From contig CAKPQL010000003.1 in the NCBI GenBank assembly GCA_934178555.1, positions 13,374-77,373 on the forward strand: DNA of 64,000 bases, read 5' to 3'. A program made the position numbers and the translations under genes. The notes beneath the pieces were generated by a model. The model was not told the DNA's origin, did not search any database, and saw nothing but the letters and a program-made list of their open reading frames with translations. Below, one piece after another: positions 63,722 through 64,000 of the stretch (its first letter is position 1; the number at the start of each line of letters is the position of its first letter). The DNA comes from an uncultured Clostridia bacterium (GTDB lineage: Bacteria > Bacillota > Clostridia > TANB77 > CAG-508).

Positions 63722-64000
63722 TTAGTGTTCTTGTCCTGTTTTCTCATTTTGTTTCATTGATTTATACAATCCCTTTTCTTCTAGGAATTTTATTTTAGAA
63801 TACATTACCATATCATTTAATAGATTAATCTTTCCAGCATATTCTTTATCAGAACCATGAATCAATTGATATGCTAATATAAATTCTTCCATTCTTAGTG
63901 GTAACTCTTGCATCGCTTCTTTTACTACGTCTTTTATAGCCATTTCCTCTACATCTTTTTTATCAATTATTCCCATCATCTTTTGTTGAACAATACCGCT
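63722..64000 (-). CDS. hypothetical protein (ORF open to window end; may be the C-terminal part of a larger gene)
   Basis: The ORF-track Met is at 63979, but the frame remains open upstream to 64000 (...SGIVQQKMMGII...). Confidence 0.3.
   Translation of the reverse strand, partial: SGIVQQKMMGIIDKKDVEEMAIKDVVKEAMQELPLRMEEFILAYQLIHGSDKEYAGKINLLNDMVMYSKIKFLEEKGLYKSMKQNEKTGQEH

Overview
AT-rich (about 25% GC) Firmicutes/Clostridia-type chromosomal segment, mostly minus-strand housekeeping genes. In order (all minus-strand unless marked +): an FtsK/SpoIIIE-like N-terminal fragment at the window start; rsmD, a NodB-family deacetylase, ileS with a T-box leader, cysE, a YibE/F membrane protein, pyk, an alpha-glucan phosphorylase, tmRNA, a lipoprotein beta-lactamase-like hydrolase (+), eno, T-box plus valS (+), glmU, comFC; a truncated REP-associated tyrosine transposase (RAYT) remnant; an Ord-like dehydrogenase, a ZnuA-like zinc-binding protein, rdgB, uvrB, tcdA, metK, mnmA; an rrf2-sufCBDSU iron-sulfur cluster operon; one GC-rich foreign gene with HD-like motifs (+); a 10 kb cell-wall polysaccharide/teichoic-acid cluster (GtrA, GT2, wecB, tagA, glycosyltransferases, ABC exporter); clpB with a CIRCE-like operator, an rRNA methyltransferase, a LigT-like 2H phosphoesterase, a two-component pair; glmS ribozyme plus glmS (+); bofA and yaaL (sporulation-associated); serS (+), engB (+), gltX, RNase J. 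No CRISPR array, rRNA or tRNA gene was seen. The outstanding signal is that five conserved genes (cysE, uvrB twice, bofA, a histidine kinase, engB) are each interrupted by exactly the same lesion: a single extra C immediately 5' of a glycine codon. This creates an in-frame CGG, and reading +1 from it (skipping the C) restores the textbook protein. No intact native gene that I scanned contains an in-frame CGG, while the foreign GC-rich gene does. This is either a systematic sequencing/assembly artifact or pervasive +1 recoding at an unassigned CGG codon, and it needs read-level and tRNA-gene checks. Other points of interest: a family of short GC-rich palindromic repeats associated with the RAYT remnant, an SD-sequestering hairpin at the cysE start, and the CIRCE-like element upstream of clpB.
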